Assembly: GCA_964035575.1 (NCBI GenBank)
Contig: OZ037837.1
Coordinates: forward strand, 310,001 to 374,000
Reading direction: 5' to 3'
Origin: Rhynchopus sp. YZ270_cl-10
Taxonomy: Eukaryota
Length of the DNA stretch: 64,000 nucleotides
In this document: positions 36,030-48,017 of the stretch, piece after piece
How the letters are laid out: each line of letters starts with the position of its first letter
Numbering within the stretch: the first letter of the stretch is position 1
Made by a program: the position numbers and the translations under genes
Notes under the pieces: model-generated
Told to the model about the DNA's origin: nothing
Database searches by the model: none
Seen by the model: the letters and a program-made list of their open reading frames with translations, nothing else

Positions 36030-37700
36030 GGTACCTCGTCCCCACGAGGTGCGTTTCCACGTGACGCCGACGGGTGAGGGCATTCAACAGCAAAGCAATC
36101 ACTCTGTCCTCCGCAGGATGGGGGGAACACATCTTGCGCTGACGCGCCTCCGCAGTGCTGTTGTCGTGAAAAACCGACAAGCATTGTCCTGGAGGGGCCA
36201 GTCGGTCCGCCACAGCCGTCGCCAGCAGCGCAGCAATTAATTCTCGTCTGCGGATCGGAACCGGCGGCGCACACATGCACAAAACCTCGGCCCACCTCCA
36301 AGAGAAACGGAACACCACTGTTCGGGCGAGAGGGTCCAACAGCGCCATCGCTCCACCCTGGTCGCTCGCGTCGGACCACACATGCCATCCTGTTGCACTC
36401 TACGGGGCGCGCACGTCGCCAGCCATGTTTCTGCAGCACGAAACTCGACGATTATTGGGTCCGTCAAGCGTAGTGACATGTCCCAGTCGGCCAGCTTGCC
36501 ACAGTGAACGCCGATGTGTCTGGACAGGCGGGCGAGAAGAGGGAAAACAGCCATCGGCGCACGCATCACGTGGCACGCCCATCGGATGCACCCCAGATGA
36601 TGGGCCGCAGCACGACACGTCAACGTCTTTTGGGCGGGGTTGGCTGCAAGTTTGCTGACCCACTCAGGATCGAGACCCAGCGTCTTCTCGGAGAGGTTGA
36701 GAAGCACCCCATCAAAGACCCCTCCAGTGGTCGGCATCAACCCCTTGTCATCTCGGCACACCACGTTCGCCGCATCCAGGACCCCGAGGAAACGCGCACG
36801 CAAGTCCCTGACCTCTCGCAAAGTATCCCCACCAATGGCCACATCGTCGTAGATGGCTAGGCTACGCGACGCGACGTTGGCCAAGCGAGGGAGGGCACAC
36901 GTAGTCATCGCCACCCGGAACACAAAATTTCCGTGCTGCGTGCGGATGCCCAGTTTACTCCCCAGGGCTTCGCTGACCTCTAGTTGGTAGAAGTAGCCAA
37001 GGAAGTCAAGGGTGGTGAACCAGCGGTGGCGGCGGACAAAATCTTCCAGATCACCCAGCATTGGCGTGATCGGGGGGAGCACCGGTGCGGAGCGCAAGTC
37101 GAAGCCCCTTCCATCCACCAGCAGGCGCGCACACCCGTTTTTCTTCTGGATCTTGAAAAGACCCAGGGAGATTTTCGGGATGGCGGACACCTGCCGGATG
37201 ATCCCCTTCGCCAGCAGACCACCCACATCCTCCTGCGACAGGCAGTAGGAGATCCGGCTCCTGTGCGAGGAACCACATTGCAGTAAAGGTTGAGAGGTGT
37301 ACTGAGTGAACACCCAGTTCTCCCACGGGTTGAGCGCTGGTTTGATCACGTCGTAGTTGACCCTGGTTGACGGGAGGATCCAATGGTGCTGTGCATGTCC
37401 GCGCAATCGGTCGTGGAGCGACAGACTCATACGTATACGCTGCGCACACCCCAATCCGCTCCTCTTCGGCCAGCAGTATCGCACTATCCACATCCTCGGC
37501 CACCATCTCCAGAAAAGGTCGCAGTCGCCGTCCTGCCGCTCACTGTCCTCCCCAAGATCCACGCCCACCAGAGCGTCGCTGACGGCTTCCAGCAGTTCAG
37601 CGACGTGGCACTCATCCTGTACCGCCGTGGGCCATGTGCGAAGGGGGTGATTAGAGGCCAGGTCCTTGGCATAATCCGGGCTCTCACGTACAGTGCACAC
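36030..37700 (-). pseudogene. Decayed DIRS-group retrotransposon RT + RNase H
   Basis: FKIQKKNGCARLLVDGR, TTLDFLGYFYQL, AIYDDVAIGG and FDGVLL (RT); WSDASDQGG, RRELIAALLA and FHDNSTA (RNase H, different frame from 36381); motif G..SP missing; RNase H cut off by the satellite. Confidence 0.85.
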
Positions 37701-38078
37701 ACCCTGAAAACGTAACCCCTTCCCTCTAGCACAGACCCCACCTTTGGTAGTTGGTCTGCCCTACTGCCTCTTCTGCACCGTAGCTGAGTGCCACGGTGAC
37801 AGCTTGTACCCACCTGCGAAAGAATGTTCGCAAGGTCCCTTCTTCTACTAACGTAAAAAAGCGTAAAAACATAACAAAACCACAACACACCACACTGAAT
37901 AAACATCAGAGCACGTACCTGCAGATCCACAGTTGTTTAAATCATACAGTGCACACACCCGACAAGGCAAAAAAGACAAACATTTCACACAGTCCAAATC
38001 TTCATCCTTGTGCAAGATCTTGACAATTCCCACAAAAACGTGGACCACATTACAAACCGATGCTACCCTCATCAACAT

Positions 38079-39886
38079 CAGTGCTCTCAAGATCCTCCAC
38101 GTAGGGGAGGATATTTCCTCCAGGGGCTTTTTTTTTTTTTTTTTCAGGCTTTTTTGGTGGAGGATTTCCTCCACTTTTCAACTTACCTTCCTTCACCCCC
38201 CTGTAAGGGCAACCGTAGGTGAAGTAAGGTATAGTATTGAAATCGATGTGGGGGGGGAGTAAAGGGTCAATTTTACAAAACCAGATTTTGAGGAAAATTT
38301 TGGCCGAAAATGGGCCCCACGTATAAGCAACCGGGCTCATATTTCTGAAAATTTAAGTGGTCAAAAAATTGTCCAATTTTCGAGATTGACCCCACCACTG
38401 CACGGGCGGATCCCAAAAATGCAAATAAGGACCCTTTTCAACTTACCTTCCTTCACCCCCCTGTAAGGGCAACCGTAGGTGAAGTAAGGTATAGTATTGA
38501 AATCGATGTGGGGGGGGGAGTAAAGGGTCAATTTTACAAAACCAGATTTTGAGGAAAATTTTGGCCGAAAATGGGCCCCACGTATAAGCAACCGGGCTCA
38601 TATTTCTCAAAATTTAAGTGGTCAAAAAATTGTCCAATTTTCGAGATTGACCCCACCACTGCACGGGCGGATCCCAAAAATGCAAATAAGGACCCTTTTT
38701 AATTTGTTCTCTTGAAATGTGTAATTTCAAGTTTTCTAGAAAAAAATAGCAACTGATCCTACAAGGGTTGAAGGAAGGTGTGTGGAAAACAACAACAACA
38801 AAACAAGGAATTGCTAAGAAAAAAAACGAGGTGTGCTGTGGGAAAACCCGCGCGATTTTCGCAACCAACATAGCAGCCTGGCGCTTTGCTGGGTGGTGCT
38901 GATGCGCATGGTGTGATCGACGACAGTTAGTCGTCTGTGTTCCTTGCACACTCCTCCTCCGGCGACGATGAGTGGGAGGCTGTGGACGACAACGAGCTGG
39001 AACATGCCGACCATCCATCGAGCAAATGGTACTGGACGAAGAGGGAGTCTGAGGATGACAGCCCCCGTTCTTGAACGTTTCAAGTGCAGGCGTCCCAGTG
39101 GTTGTGGCAGCGTTTTCGCATACCTGCAGAAGAGCAGAGTGTAGATTATTTCTACAGGGCGGTGTTCAGGAGTGTGGGTCCTCCCATAACCACAGCACAC
39201 CCCGTTTTTTTTCCGATAGCAATTACTTGTTTTTTTTTTTTGGCGGGCTCGGGTGGAGGATTATCCTCCTAGGGGTTTTATAGTGGGGGGTCACTTTGTC
39301 TCCCCCGAGGGAGCCAATATTTTCCCGAGCCTGTATGCACCGTCCAGGGCTGCACCTTAAAAAAAATTTGCTTGCGGCGCCATTTTCATTTTTTGCTACT
39401 CAAAAAAAGGGTTCGTTGAGTGATTCTGTAGTGTAAAAGGAAGCATTTTTACACCGTACCCCAATTTTTTTTCGCCTGCGGCGCCATTTATATTATTTTT
39501 TTGCTCCGCAAAAAAATAGTTGGCAATGTCTTTGGATACCCTTGTATTTTGCAGCCAAAAAATGCAACGTGACCAAAGCTGCAAAATTTTTTCCATTTAA
39601 AAAAAATTACCCGCCGTTGCATCAGCCCCTGCTTCTGGAAGACGTATTGGTTTTGTACGGTTCGTGGAGCGCACGGTGCAAGAGAAAGGATTAGATTTCC
39701 GTTTTTTGTTATCTCGCAAAATTGACCCGCCTCTCCGCTCTGTGGCTGTCAGGGAGGCGCGCGCGAAGCGCGCGACGACCGCTTGTTGCGGGGGAAAAAT
39801 TTTTTTTTGGGGGGTTTTTTTTGCAAAAACGAATCCTCCTCATTTCGAAAATTCTGCTTTTTTCGTGGAGGATCTTGAGAGCCCTG
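38079..39886. mobile_element. hAT-like non-autonomous element, 23-bp TIR CAGKGCTCTCAAGATCCTCCACG
   Basis: TSD ATCAACAT at 38071-38078 and 39888-39895 with one extra A, or a 7-bp TSD if the termini are TCAG/CTGA; subterminal GGAGGA..TCCTCC palindromes. Confidence 0.8.
38174..39235. repeat. Dispersed repeat with a ~260-bp tandem duplication; inverted homolog at about 48300-49111
   Basis: 38174-38433 is repeated at 38434-38695; the homolog has only one unit; shared decayed peptide HPVEIIY..LLFCRYA..LP.PLGR. Confidence 0.85.
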
Positions 39887-39999
39887 AATCAACATTAAAC
39901 AAACATTTTCCAACTGATGTGTCCTCACTAAACTGCCACCATGTCTGCTTTCGTTGGAAGAGCGACTTGAGGAAGCCCGTTATGCAGAACACCTCATCG

Positions 40000-41487
40000 T
40001 CATTGTGCGTGTCTCTGCCGTTTGTGTGCTTGCTGGGGGGATTCGTCTCTGCTTCGTTTCGGACGTGCTTCAACCACAAGCTTGCTAAGCTTGCACTTCA
40101 CTCCTGCGTCGGACACAGCACTGCTGCAGCCGGTAAGGTGAATACTCTTCAACGAAGTGCAGTTCCTAAGAAAGTCCGAACCAACAACCTTAACCCTGCT
40201 GAGTGGCGAAAGATCCAGAGTGGTTAAACCTTCGCAGTCGGAGAGAAAGCAACTACCGATGCGCGTCAAGTTGCTGAGTGGCGAAAGATCCAGAGTGGTT
40301 AAACCTTCGCAGTAGTAGAGAAAGTAAGTACCGATGCGCGTCACGTTGCTGAGTGGCGAAAGATCCAGAGTGGTTAAACATTTGCAGCCGTGGAGAAAGC
40401 TATCGCCGACTTCTGCCACGCTGCTGAGTGGCGAAAGATCCAGAGTGGTTAAACCTTCGCAGTCGGAGAGAAAGCAACTACCGATGCGCGTCAAGTTGCT
40501 GAGTGGCGAAAGATCCAGAGTGGTTAAGCCTTTGCAGTTCTTGAGAAAGTGGTTACCGAATTCTGTCACGTTGCTGAGTGGCGAAAGATCCAGAGTGGTT
40601 AAGCCTTCGCAGTCGTAGAGAAAGTAAGTACCGATGCGCGTCACGTTGCTGAGTGGCGAAAGATCCAGAGTGGTTAAACCTTCGCAGTCGTAGAGAAAGC
40701 AGCTACCGATGCGCGTCAAGTTGCTGAGTGGCGAAAGATCCAGAGTGGTTAAACATTTGCAGCCGTGGAGAAAGCTATCGCCGACTTCTGCCACGCTGCT
40801 GAGTGGCGAAAGATCCAGAGTGGTTAAACCTTCGCAGTCGGAGAGAAAGCAGCTACCGATGCGCGTCAAGTTGCTGAGTGGCGAAAGATCAAAAGTGGTT
40901 AAACCTTCGCAGCCGTCGAGAAAGCTATCGCCGACATCTGTCACGTTGCTGAGTGCTGAAAGATCCAGAGTGGTTAAGCCGTCGCAGTCGGAGAGAAAGC
41001 AGCTACCGATGCGCGTCACATTGCTCAACCCTGACAGGTCGATGCTTGTCAACGTTGTACAACTGTACAGAAAGCTATCACCAACCTCCGTCACACACGA
41101 CACAGCACTCAGATCAAGTCTCGTTAACGATGAACCGGACAAGAAGTCATCAGGAATGACAGTCACAACCTCCGCCTGCAGAAGCAAACACGCCACCTCA
41201 GGATCCTCCACCTCCACCAACCGCTCTGCAGTGATGTCGGTCTCACCCAACGCGTGAAGCTCTGCTCGGGCTGCGTACTTCGTAGCTTTCGTGAGGATGA
41301 TTGTGTCCCCAGCACTCAGCTGCGTGATGTCGTCTCCTTCGTCCTTCCCTCCGAAGCCCATGTGGAAGCTGTCCTCAGCCAACCCCACTGCAGACGCCAC
41401 CTTCTGCCGCATCGTCTCCGTTGTGTCATCCACACCCACCTCGATCATGAACAAGTTGTCGTCGTACCCCTTGATGGTTACGTCCAT
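40000..41487 (-). CDS. Ubiquitin-like domain + ~13 x 25-aa LRR protein with NLS-like tail; paralog of 28315-29511
   Basis: MDVTIKGYDDNLFMIEVGVDDTTETMRQKVASAVGL...; 75-bp near-identical repeats; RPKRSRD...HKRQR. Confidence 0.92.
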   Translation of the reverse strand: MDVTIKGYDDNLFMIEVGVDDTTETMRQKVASAVGLAEDSFHMGFGGKDEGDDITQLSAGDTIILTKATKYAARAELHALGETDITAERLVEVEDPEVACLLLQAEVVTVIPDDFLSGSSLTRLDLSAVSCVTEVGDSFLYSCTTLTSIDLSGLSNVTRIGSCFLSDCDGLTTLDLSALSNVTDVGDSFLDGCEGLTTFDLSPLSNLTRIGSCFLSDCEGLTTLDLSPLSSVAEVGDSFLHGCKCLTTLDLSPLSNLTRIGSCFLYDCEGLTTLDLSPLSNVTRIGTYFLYDCEGLTTLDLSPLSNVTEFGNHFLKNCKGLTTLDLSPLSNLTRIGSCFLSDCEGLTTLDLSPLSSVAEVGDSFLHGCKCLTTLDLSPLSNVTRIGTYFLYYCEGLTTLDLSPLSNLTRIGSCFLSDCEGLTTLDLSPLSRVKVVGSDFLRNCTSLKSIHLTGCSSAVSDAGVKCKLSKLVVEARPKRSRDESPQQAHKRQRHAQ

Positions 41488-42244
41488 TTTGTCTTCCTTT
41501 TTGTGTTGCTCAATGAAGTACAGAAACTGTGGATGTTTTTTGAAAAAAGATGAACAAAAAACAGAGAGTAGACAGAAAAAGACGTTTGTGTGAAAAAGTT
41601 TTTTCTGTCAAGTGTTTTTGTGTGTTGGCGGAGAAGAAAACAGTTTACAATAAAAGACTCGTGCGTCGGTTTTCTTTTTTCACAGTCCATTTTTCCGAAA
41701 TGACCCCACTACAGTGAGGGTAGAGCTCGGAAATCCCAAAAAAGTCAAGACAAGCCCCCCAAAGCCCAAAACCCCTGCTCACCCAAAAAAAAATATTAGC
41801 GACATGCAATGTGCAAAGAACGTTTCTGTCGCGATTGAATTTGACAAATGATATTGTTTCCTTTTGTACCCCCCCTTTTCACCTCTCTCTGTGACAGCCC
41901 CCCTCCATCCCACGTCTGTGCTCTACACCAGCTTCATATACCCTTACAGACAAGTTTCGTCTGGGATCTGGGAAATTCGGAATATACGAATAGGATCATG
42001 TTGTTTAAAGTGTGGCATCAATGCAAAAACAAGAACGATCAAAATAAAGAGACAAGCATGCTTTTTGACCCAGATTTGGCACTTCTTTCAAAACCAAGCT
42101 AGGAGCCCGGTCACAACCTACCCTAGTAACAAATATTTAACGAATGGCATGAGACCAAGCACTACTGAGAACACCGATACCTCGGTAAAAATACGCACTC
42201 TGTTGGTTCTGCAAATGCGGGTAAAGAAGATTAAGATATAATTT

Positions 42245-43729
42245 TCAATCGAAAGATGCAGGTAACAAAATAGGTCGACGTAAGTATTGTGGTAGCTCGT
42301 TGAGTACAACATCGCTGCACCTGTCCTTTCCATGCAAGGTCTTCAAAGCTGGGCACTTGTCGCAGAACGTGGACCCAGGACCCCAAGAGCTCTCAAACGA
42401 TGTCACACCTTGTAATGCACTCAGATCAACTGTAGTCAACGATGCGCAGTCGAAGAGGAACCCCTGCCCAAGCGAGGTGACACTTTGTAATCCATTCAGA
42501 TCAACTGACGACAATGATGTGCACCTGCTGAGGAACCCATTCCCAATCGAGGTGACACCTTGCAATCCACTCAGATCAAGTGTCGTCAACAATGTGCACC
42601 CGCTGAGGAACGCCTTCTCAATCGTGGTGACACCTTGCAATCCACTCAGGTTGAGTGTGGTCAAAGCCGTGCATTGATTAAGAAAGCAGTTCCCAATCGC
42701 AGTCACAGCAGATGCGTTACTGATATCAATGCACATCACATCCGTATTCGAGAAGAAGTTGTCTGGAATCGCAGTCGCAGCTCCTGCCTGCAGGAGCAAG
42801 CAAGCCAGCTTCGGATCACTTCCTTGATCAGTCACCTGCTGCAACCTTTCTGATGTAAGTGTTGTCTCACCCAACGCACGAAGTGCTGCAATGGCATCGT
42901 ACACAACAAGCGCACACCTCAGGGTGAGGGCATCGTGAACGTTCGAAACAGGCAGCTTCAGGGAAAACGTTGCGTGTGGGTCTGCAGCACCCACCGGGCG
43001 GCGGTCTCCACTCGCTGCCATGCTGTTGATGCTCCGCACAACGGCTTGCGACTCTGTGACCGCACGCAGCACCTGGTCGTCCCCAAGCTGGCACACCGCC
43101 TCGCACTCAGCAATCACGTGTCCTGCCTTCGCAACGAACGTCTTCAGTGCACACACCTCCCCTTCACGACTGAGTGCCTGTGTGAGGAAGCTCCGTGCCA
43201 ACTCCTCCTCACACACGACTTCGCTGCGCGACACATCCTCACGCATCACGAGATATCCGACGTGTGTCTGCAGGAGAAGGTCTTTGTACGTGTCCTCTGT
43301 GTGTGGGAGTGCTTCAAGCACACGGCACTTCTCCTCTGCATCAGTCCGCTGTGCTGTCAGGTCTGCCACGTGCGAGTGGAGGATGTTGCGCTGGCGTTTC
43401 ATGTGGTCCGTGATGTCAACTGTTTTGTGTCCCGTATGTCCGACGTACGCACAACGCAAGCAGATCAACGCGTCACCACACGCAGGGTCTTCACAGACAA
43501 GGGACAGCTCTTGGCCTGGGTGATGTGCACACTTCGACGATGTCCCGTACGCAGTCACAGAAGCGCGATGTGTCTCACGGTCACGTTTCCTTGTGTGGCA
43601 AGCGTCATAGCACGCAGTTGAATCGCAGAAGAACATCTCCGTGCAGATCCCGCACTGCAGCTGTGCAGGCTTGTCACAGTTCTCACAGCTGGGCATCTGT
43701 GGTGCGGTGGGCTGCGTGTCAGACACCAT
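42245..43729 (-). CDS. Two B-box zinc fingers, coiled coil and LRRs (RING-less TRIM-like)
   Basis: ATG 43729; CENC...CGIC..FFC...C...CH (B-box1); CAHH...LVCEDPAC...ICLRC...HTGH (B-box2); helical region; 25-aa LRRs. Confidence 0.9.
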   Translation of the reverse strand: MVSDTQPTAPQMPSCENCDKPAQLQCGICTEMFFCDSTACYDACHTRKRDRETHRASVTAYGTSSKCAHHPGQELSLVCEDPACGDALICLRCAYVGHTGHKTVDITDHMKRQRNILHSHVADLTAQRTDAEEKCRVLEALPHTEDTYKDLLLQTHVGYLVMREDVSRSEVVCEEELARSFLTQALSREGEVCALKTFVAKAGHVIAECEAVCQLGDDQVLRAVTESQAVVRSINSMAASGDRRPVGAADPHATFSLKLPVSNVHDALTLRCALVVYDAIAALRALGETTLTSERLQQVTDQGSDPKLACLLLQAGAATAIPDNFFSNTDVMCIDISNASAVTAIGNCFLNQCTALTTLNLSGLQGVTTIEKAFLSGCTLLTTLDLSGLQGVTSIGNGFLSRCTSLSSVDLNGLQSVTSLGQGFLFDCASLTTVDLSALQGVTSFESSWGPGSTFCDKCPALKTLHGKDRCSDVVLNELPQYLRRPILLPASFD

Positions 43730-46700
43730 GTTGTGTGTTTCGAAGTGGGAGGGTGCAGGGGTGTCTGGAAGGGGTTGGGTGGTTGGGGTGGACAAGGAAA
43801 AATGGCAAGAATATGAAGTCCTCAACAATAAGCGGACAGCTCAGTTCCCTGTGCCCGTGCAGTCCTACATCCATTCCGTGGTTTACATCTGATATGCTCT
43901 ACTCCCGCTTCCACTCATCATCCAGATGAACGGGGATCATTGAACACAGGGACATGAATCCTGTGTGATGTAGGGTCCGGTTGGGGTAAATAGAAGGTTG
44001 AAAAAGGGTATGTTATCTTTTTTTTTTTTTTGTCGTTCTGCCACTCCGTGGCTCTTGTCACCCGCTTCAGTGAACAATGGCTACTGAATACCAGCCTTAT
44101 GATGTATAGGCTTTGTTACTTGGTAGCACTATAGCACAGTCTCCTGAGTGGCACTATGAAAACAACATTTTGACGTGCCTCTCTGGCAAGGCATATACAC
44201 GACTGCGAAGTAAATGACGTGACTTGTGGTTTTCCACTGTGGCATTACAACGGAAACCACAACTAAAACCACAAATCAAGCCATTTACTTCACAGTCGCG
44301 TATGTCGCCAAGATCGATGATTTAAAAGAAAACAGGTTATGCAGGAGGGCCATTCTAGGGCGCGAATTCCCTTCAGATCGAAAACCCGAAATCCTAGAAA
44401 AAGCCTGCAGGTTATGTACAGAGAAAAAAAAAACGTGAAAGATGAACGTGCTTTGTCATGCACACAGATGAAAAAATATTGCTTTTTTTTTTTTGAAGGA
44501 AAGATGAGAGTTGTTTCCAGCAAAGCGTCGTTGCCTTCTTTTATGTTTGTTTGTTTGTTTTGAAAACTTGGTTGTATTAGTGTAGCCACCCGAGGATGAA
44601 CTCCACTATTTTTTTATATTTAAATTGTTGGAATAGTGCAGTTGCCACCTGTGCAAGCTCCACTGTGGTATTTTGGGGGGGTTTGTGCAAAGCCGAGAGC
44701 AAGGAATATTTTTTTGGTTTTGTGTATGTGTAAACTGAAGTCAGATTGGTGACATTGGGCTTCAACACTTTATTACACGTATTCTTGGTTGTGGACAACA
44801 CTTTGCAACCTCACCTTCGCCACGTCGTCGGCAACCCACGTATACGCGCACCTGTTCGACAACACTTTATTACACATATAGAGCAGATCCATCATTCGTT
44901 CCTTTTTTTCTCAAATCCTACTTCACAATAACGGCTTTAGACTATATTTTTTTTTACAAATTTGACACAAATTTGAAAATATGTATAAAAAAAAATTGAA
45001 GCTAACTTCAGGATATACGATCATTAATGAAAACTAAATGAGGGGAAAAAAGGAATTTTTTTTTCGTGCCAAGAATTTGTAACTCTAGGCATCCATTAAT
45101 GATGTACAGGGGGGGGTTTGAAAATGTTTATTTGTATGTTTTGAAAGTGCTTTGTGCTCTGTTTAATTTTGCTTGATAGTTTTGTAGACGCGGGGTTGGA
45201 GAGGAAGGGGCGCGTTACTTTGTATGAGATTACGACTTATCCTCTTTCTCAGATGTACAGGGGGGGTTTTTTTGTTGTATCGACAATCACGTTGTACCTA
45301 CTGGAAAAACAATCTGTACTCAATGTCGGCCGAAGCCCTATGTACTACAGAAGGTATAGACGCAGATCATCCTGAACCCTTAAAGAGTAACTTTTATTTC
45401 TTCACAGGGGGGGGTTTTTTTTAAAAGATCGCGTGAACCACCGACACCCCAAATAGGTCCTCTGCGTGCAAATGAATTTTGGTCTGAGGGACAGGGACTT
45501 GAGGGGGTATAGGTGGGGGTTGAGAAAAAAAAAAGAGATTTTTTTTTATTTTGTTGCTTTTTTTTTGAAAGCTTTTATTTGGGGGAGCGACAAGAGAATC
45601 GGGTGGGGGGGGGGGGAATTCTTCTCGCTCTGTGCTGCGTTGCGCGGTTTCGTTCATTGAAGGTAACCGGACAAACGTGTATGCTACTATTCTAGCCTTC
45701 GATGCATGACATCCCTCAATTAAATGAGCGATCTTTTTTTTTTAAATTTTTTTAAATTTTTTAAAAAAAATACAAGAATGCAGAGCCTCGCAAGATAACA
45801 CAAAAAAAAAAGATATTTGAACAACAAAAATTGGTACTCGGGAGGGGGTCGATATTGACAGGTCGCCGACAGGTAGGGGTCCGTTTTCGATGCATGCACC
45901 CCCTATCCGAGATAGGTGATACAATACATCGTGGAGGTGATGTTACATAAGTCCATCACCGCCTGACAGGTCGTTGACCGACTTCCGAAAGCACCACATA
46001 ATGCATTCAATAAATTGATAGCAAAAGGAGGAGGGATCAAAAAATGTTCCCATCTTCCAAAAAAAAAAAAAATTACAAATACTCGACTGAAACAAAATTG
46101 AAATAAATATCTTGTAAGAGGGATGCCTTCTCACGCAGACGCCCATATTAACAGTTGGACGGAAGGGAAGATTTTGAGAGTATCAAAAGAAATAAATTTC
46201 TTTCATTTTAAAACAAAAGTGAAGTGCATCGCGGGGAAAGGGATTGGGATATATTATAAGAAATCGCGAAATTCGTAGTGGGGTATGAAAAAAAGTATTT
46301 TCATCATACGGTGTGACCCGCCCCTCGATTTAAACCACTTGGGCCATTCTTGGGACATCCAAAACCGCAAAACGGGCCACACCATCATATGCAATCAATA
46401 AATTGATAGTATATGGTGAGGGATCAACAAAAATGTTCCCATCTTTCAAAAAAAAAGTGAAGTTATTGTATGCAGACACCTCCTAACTGACCCACACAAT
46501 GCCAGATACGAATGAAAGCACAAAAAAAAAAGGGGGGGGGTATTGGTTCTCTCTGTTTTGCTCTATTTCAAAAAAAAACTTTTCGATTTTTTTTCGTTTT
46601 GTTGTGAGCGTTCAAAAGATATAAAAATTATTATACAGGGAAAAAAATGCGTTATTGTTGAGTGTCCAGCCTTATGTGTGATTTTACGACCCCCCTTTAA

Positions 46701-47627
46701 CCACTAGCAGCCACTATAGTGGCGTTTTAATAGCCGCCTGTCACTGAAGCTGGATTTTGAAAAAGTGGGTACGATGAAACAGTGCTCAAAAAAGTCACCT
46801 TAGGAATCAAAATCAATAATCCAAATCACTCAAATGTGTATTATTTTTTTTTTTGCGACAAAATGTGGATTACAACAATCTGGATTATTGCGACAAATTG
46901 TCAATGTGAATTATTTAATCCGGATTTTTTGTCGTAATCTACATTTTTTTAGAGTCCACATTTTTGTCGTTTCCCCTTTTTAAAAAAAGTGAAGTTGATA
47001 GTGCAAAACGCCTCGCTGGGGACGCAGGCACTACTCTTACGGGTTTTATCGAACCCCGGAGTGTGAGTTTCTACCAGCGAAACTGTAAGGCAGGCAACCA
47101 CAGCCATTTGCCTATCTTTAATTGGGAAGGGTTTAAAAGTTTATTTTTTGTTTCGTTTTTTCGTTTTTTTGTTTTAGTATTATTTACTTCATTTTTTCTT
47201 TTTTTGTTGTTTTGTTTCTTGACCAACCTTATTGGGAAAGGGGGTGTGATTACAATGATTTAAGACTCAAGAAAGACGCACAACCTTTAAAAAAAACGCA
47301 TAGCTTTGGATTGTTGTTCATACATAATATAAAAAAGCATTGCAACATAGAACGGAGGGAACAAAAATGTTCCCAACTCGCTGTTCATACATTGTAAAAT
47401 AAAATTGCTGTCGCTCCCAACGCAGATGCAAACCAGCTCGTTGAGGGTCCAGCACCTCATTAGGCTCGCAGTGAAAGGGTTCTCAAAATAGAACACATAA
47501 AACAGGGAATGCAGACACCCATCCGTTACAAAGATAACAGATAATATCGTGTGCGCTACCATTTGGAAATCGGAGCGCAAGTCTTTACATACTGTTCTGC
47601 GCCCTTCTTCCCAAAAAAATCCTTTTA

Positions 47628-48017
47628 GGGCACGGTAATTTTTTTTCTTGGTAAGCGTCAGAGCACTTCTCAAAAAAAAGTACGCACGCACGCAAAAAAA
47701 AATTATGCAGTAAAAAAAATTATGAGTGGTGAAAAAAATTACAGTGGGGGAAATACAGGTACCAAAAATATTTTCCCACCAATTTTTGCCCACAAAAAAT
47801 CGGGGGAAATTTTTTTTGATTTCGGCTCTCAGGAGTCTGTGTGTGCTGTGATGGGGTCAATTTGCGCTGAAAAATGTACATTTTTTACCTAAAATACATT
47901 GTTGAGTTATTGAGGGCCCCCCTTTATAATTTTTTTTTCTGCATAATTTTTTCCCCTGGAATCTCAAAAAAAAAGTACGCACGCAGACGCTTACCAAAAA
48001 TAAAAATTACCGTGCCC
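47628..48017. mobile_element. PIF/Harbinger-type MITE, TTA TSD
   Basis: ~32-bp TIR gggcacggtaattttt....ttggtaagcgtc; TTA at 47625-47627 and 48018-48020. Confidence 0.88.

Noticed and set aside
33653..36439. Long ORFs of (MVLWYYGT)n
   Set aside because: Translations of an 8-bp satellite that lacks stops on that strand; only the 36030-36381 RNase H part is real coding remnant.
14273..37700. YR and RT as parts of one DIRS element
   Set aside because: They are ~20 kb apart, separated by three host genes, with no shared terminal repeats seen.
40198..40980. CRISPR-like pattern of 30-bp repeats with 45-bp spacers
   Set aside because: The period is exactly 25 codons inside an LRR ORF, the spacers are homologous to each other, there are no cas genes and the context is eukaryotic.
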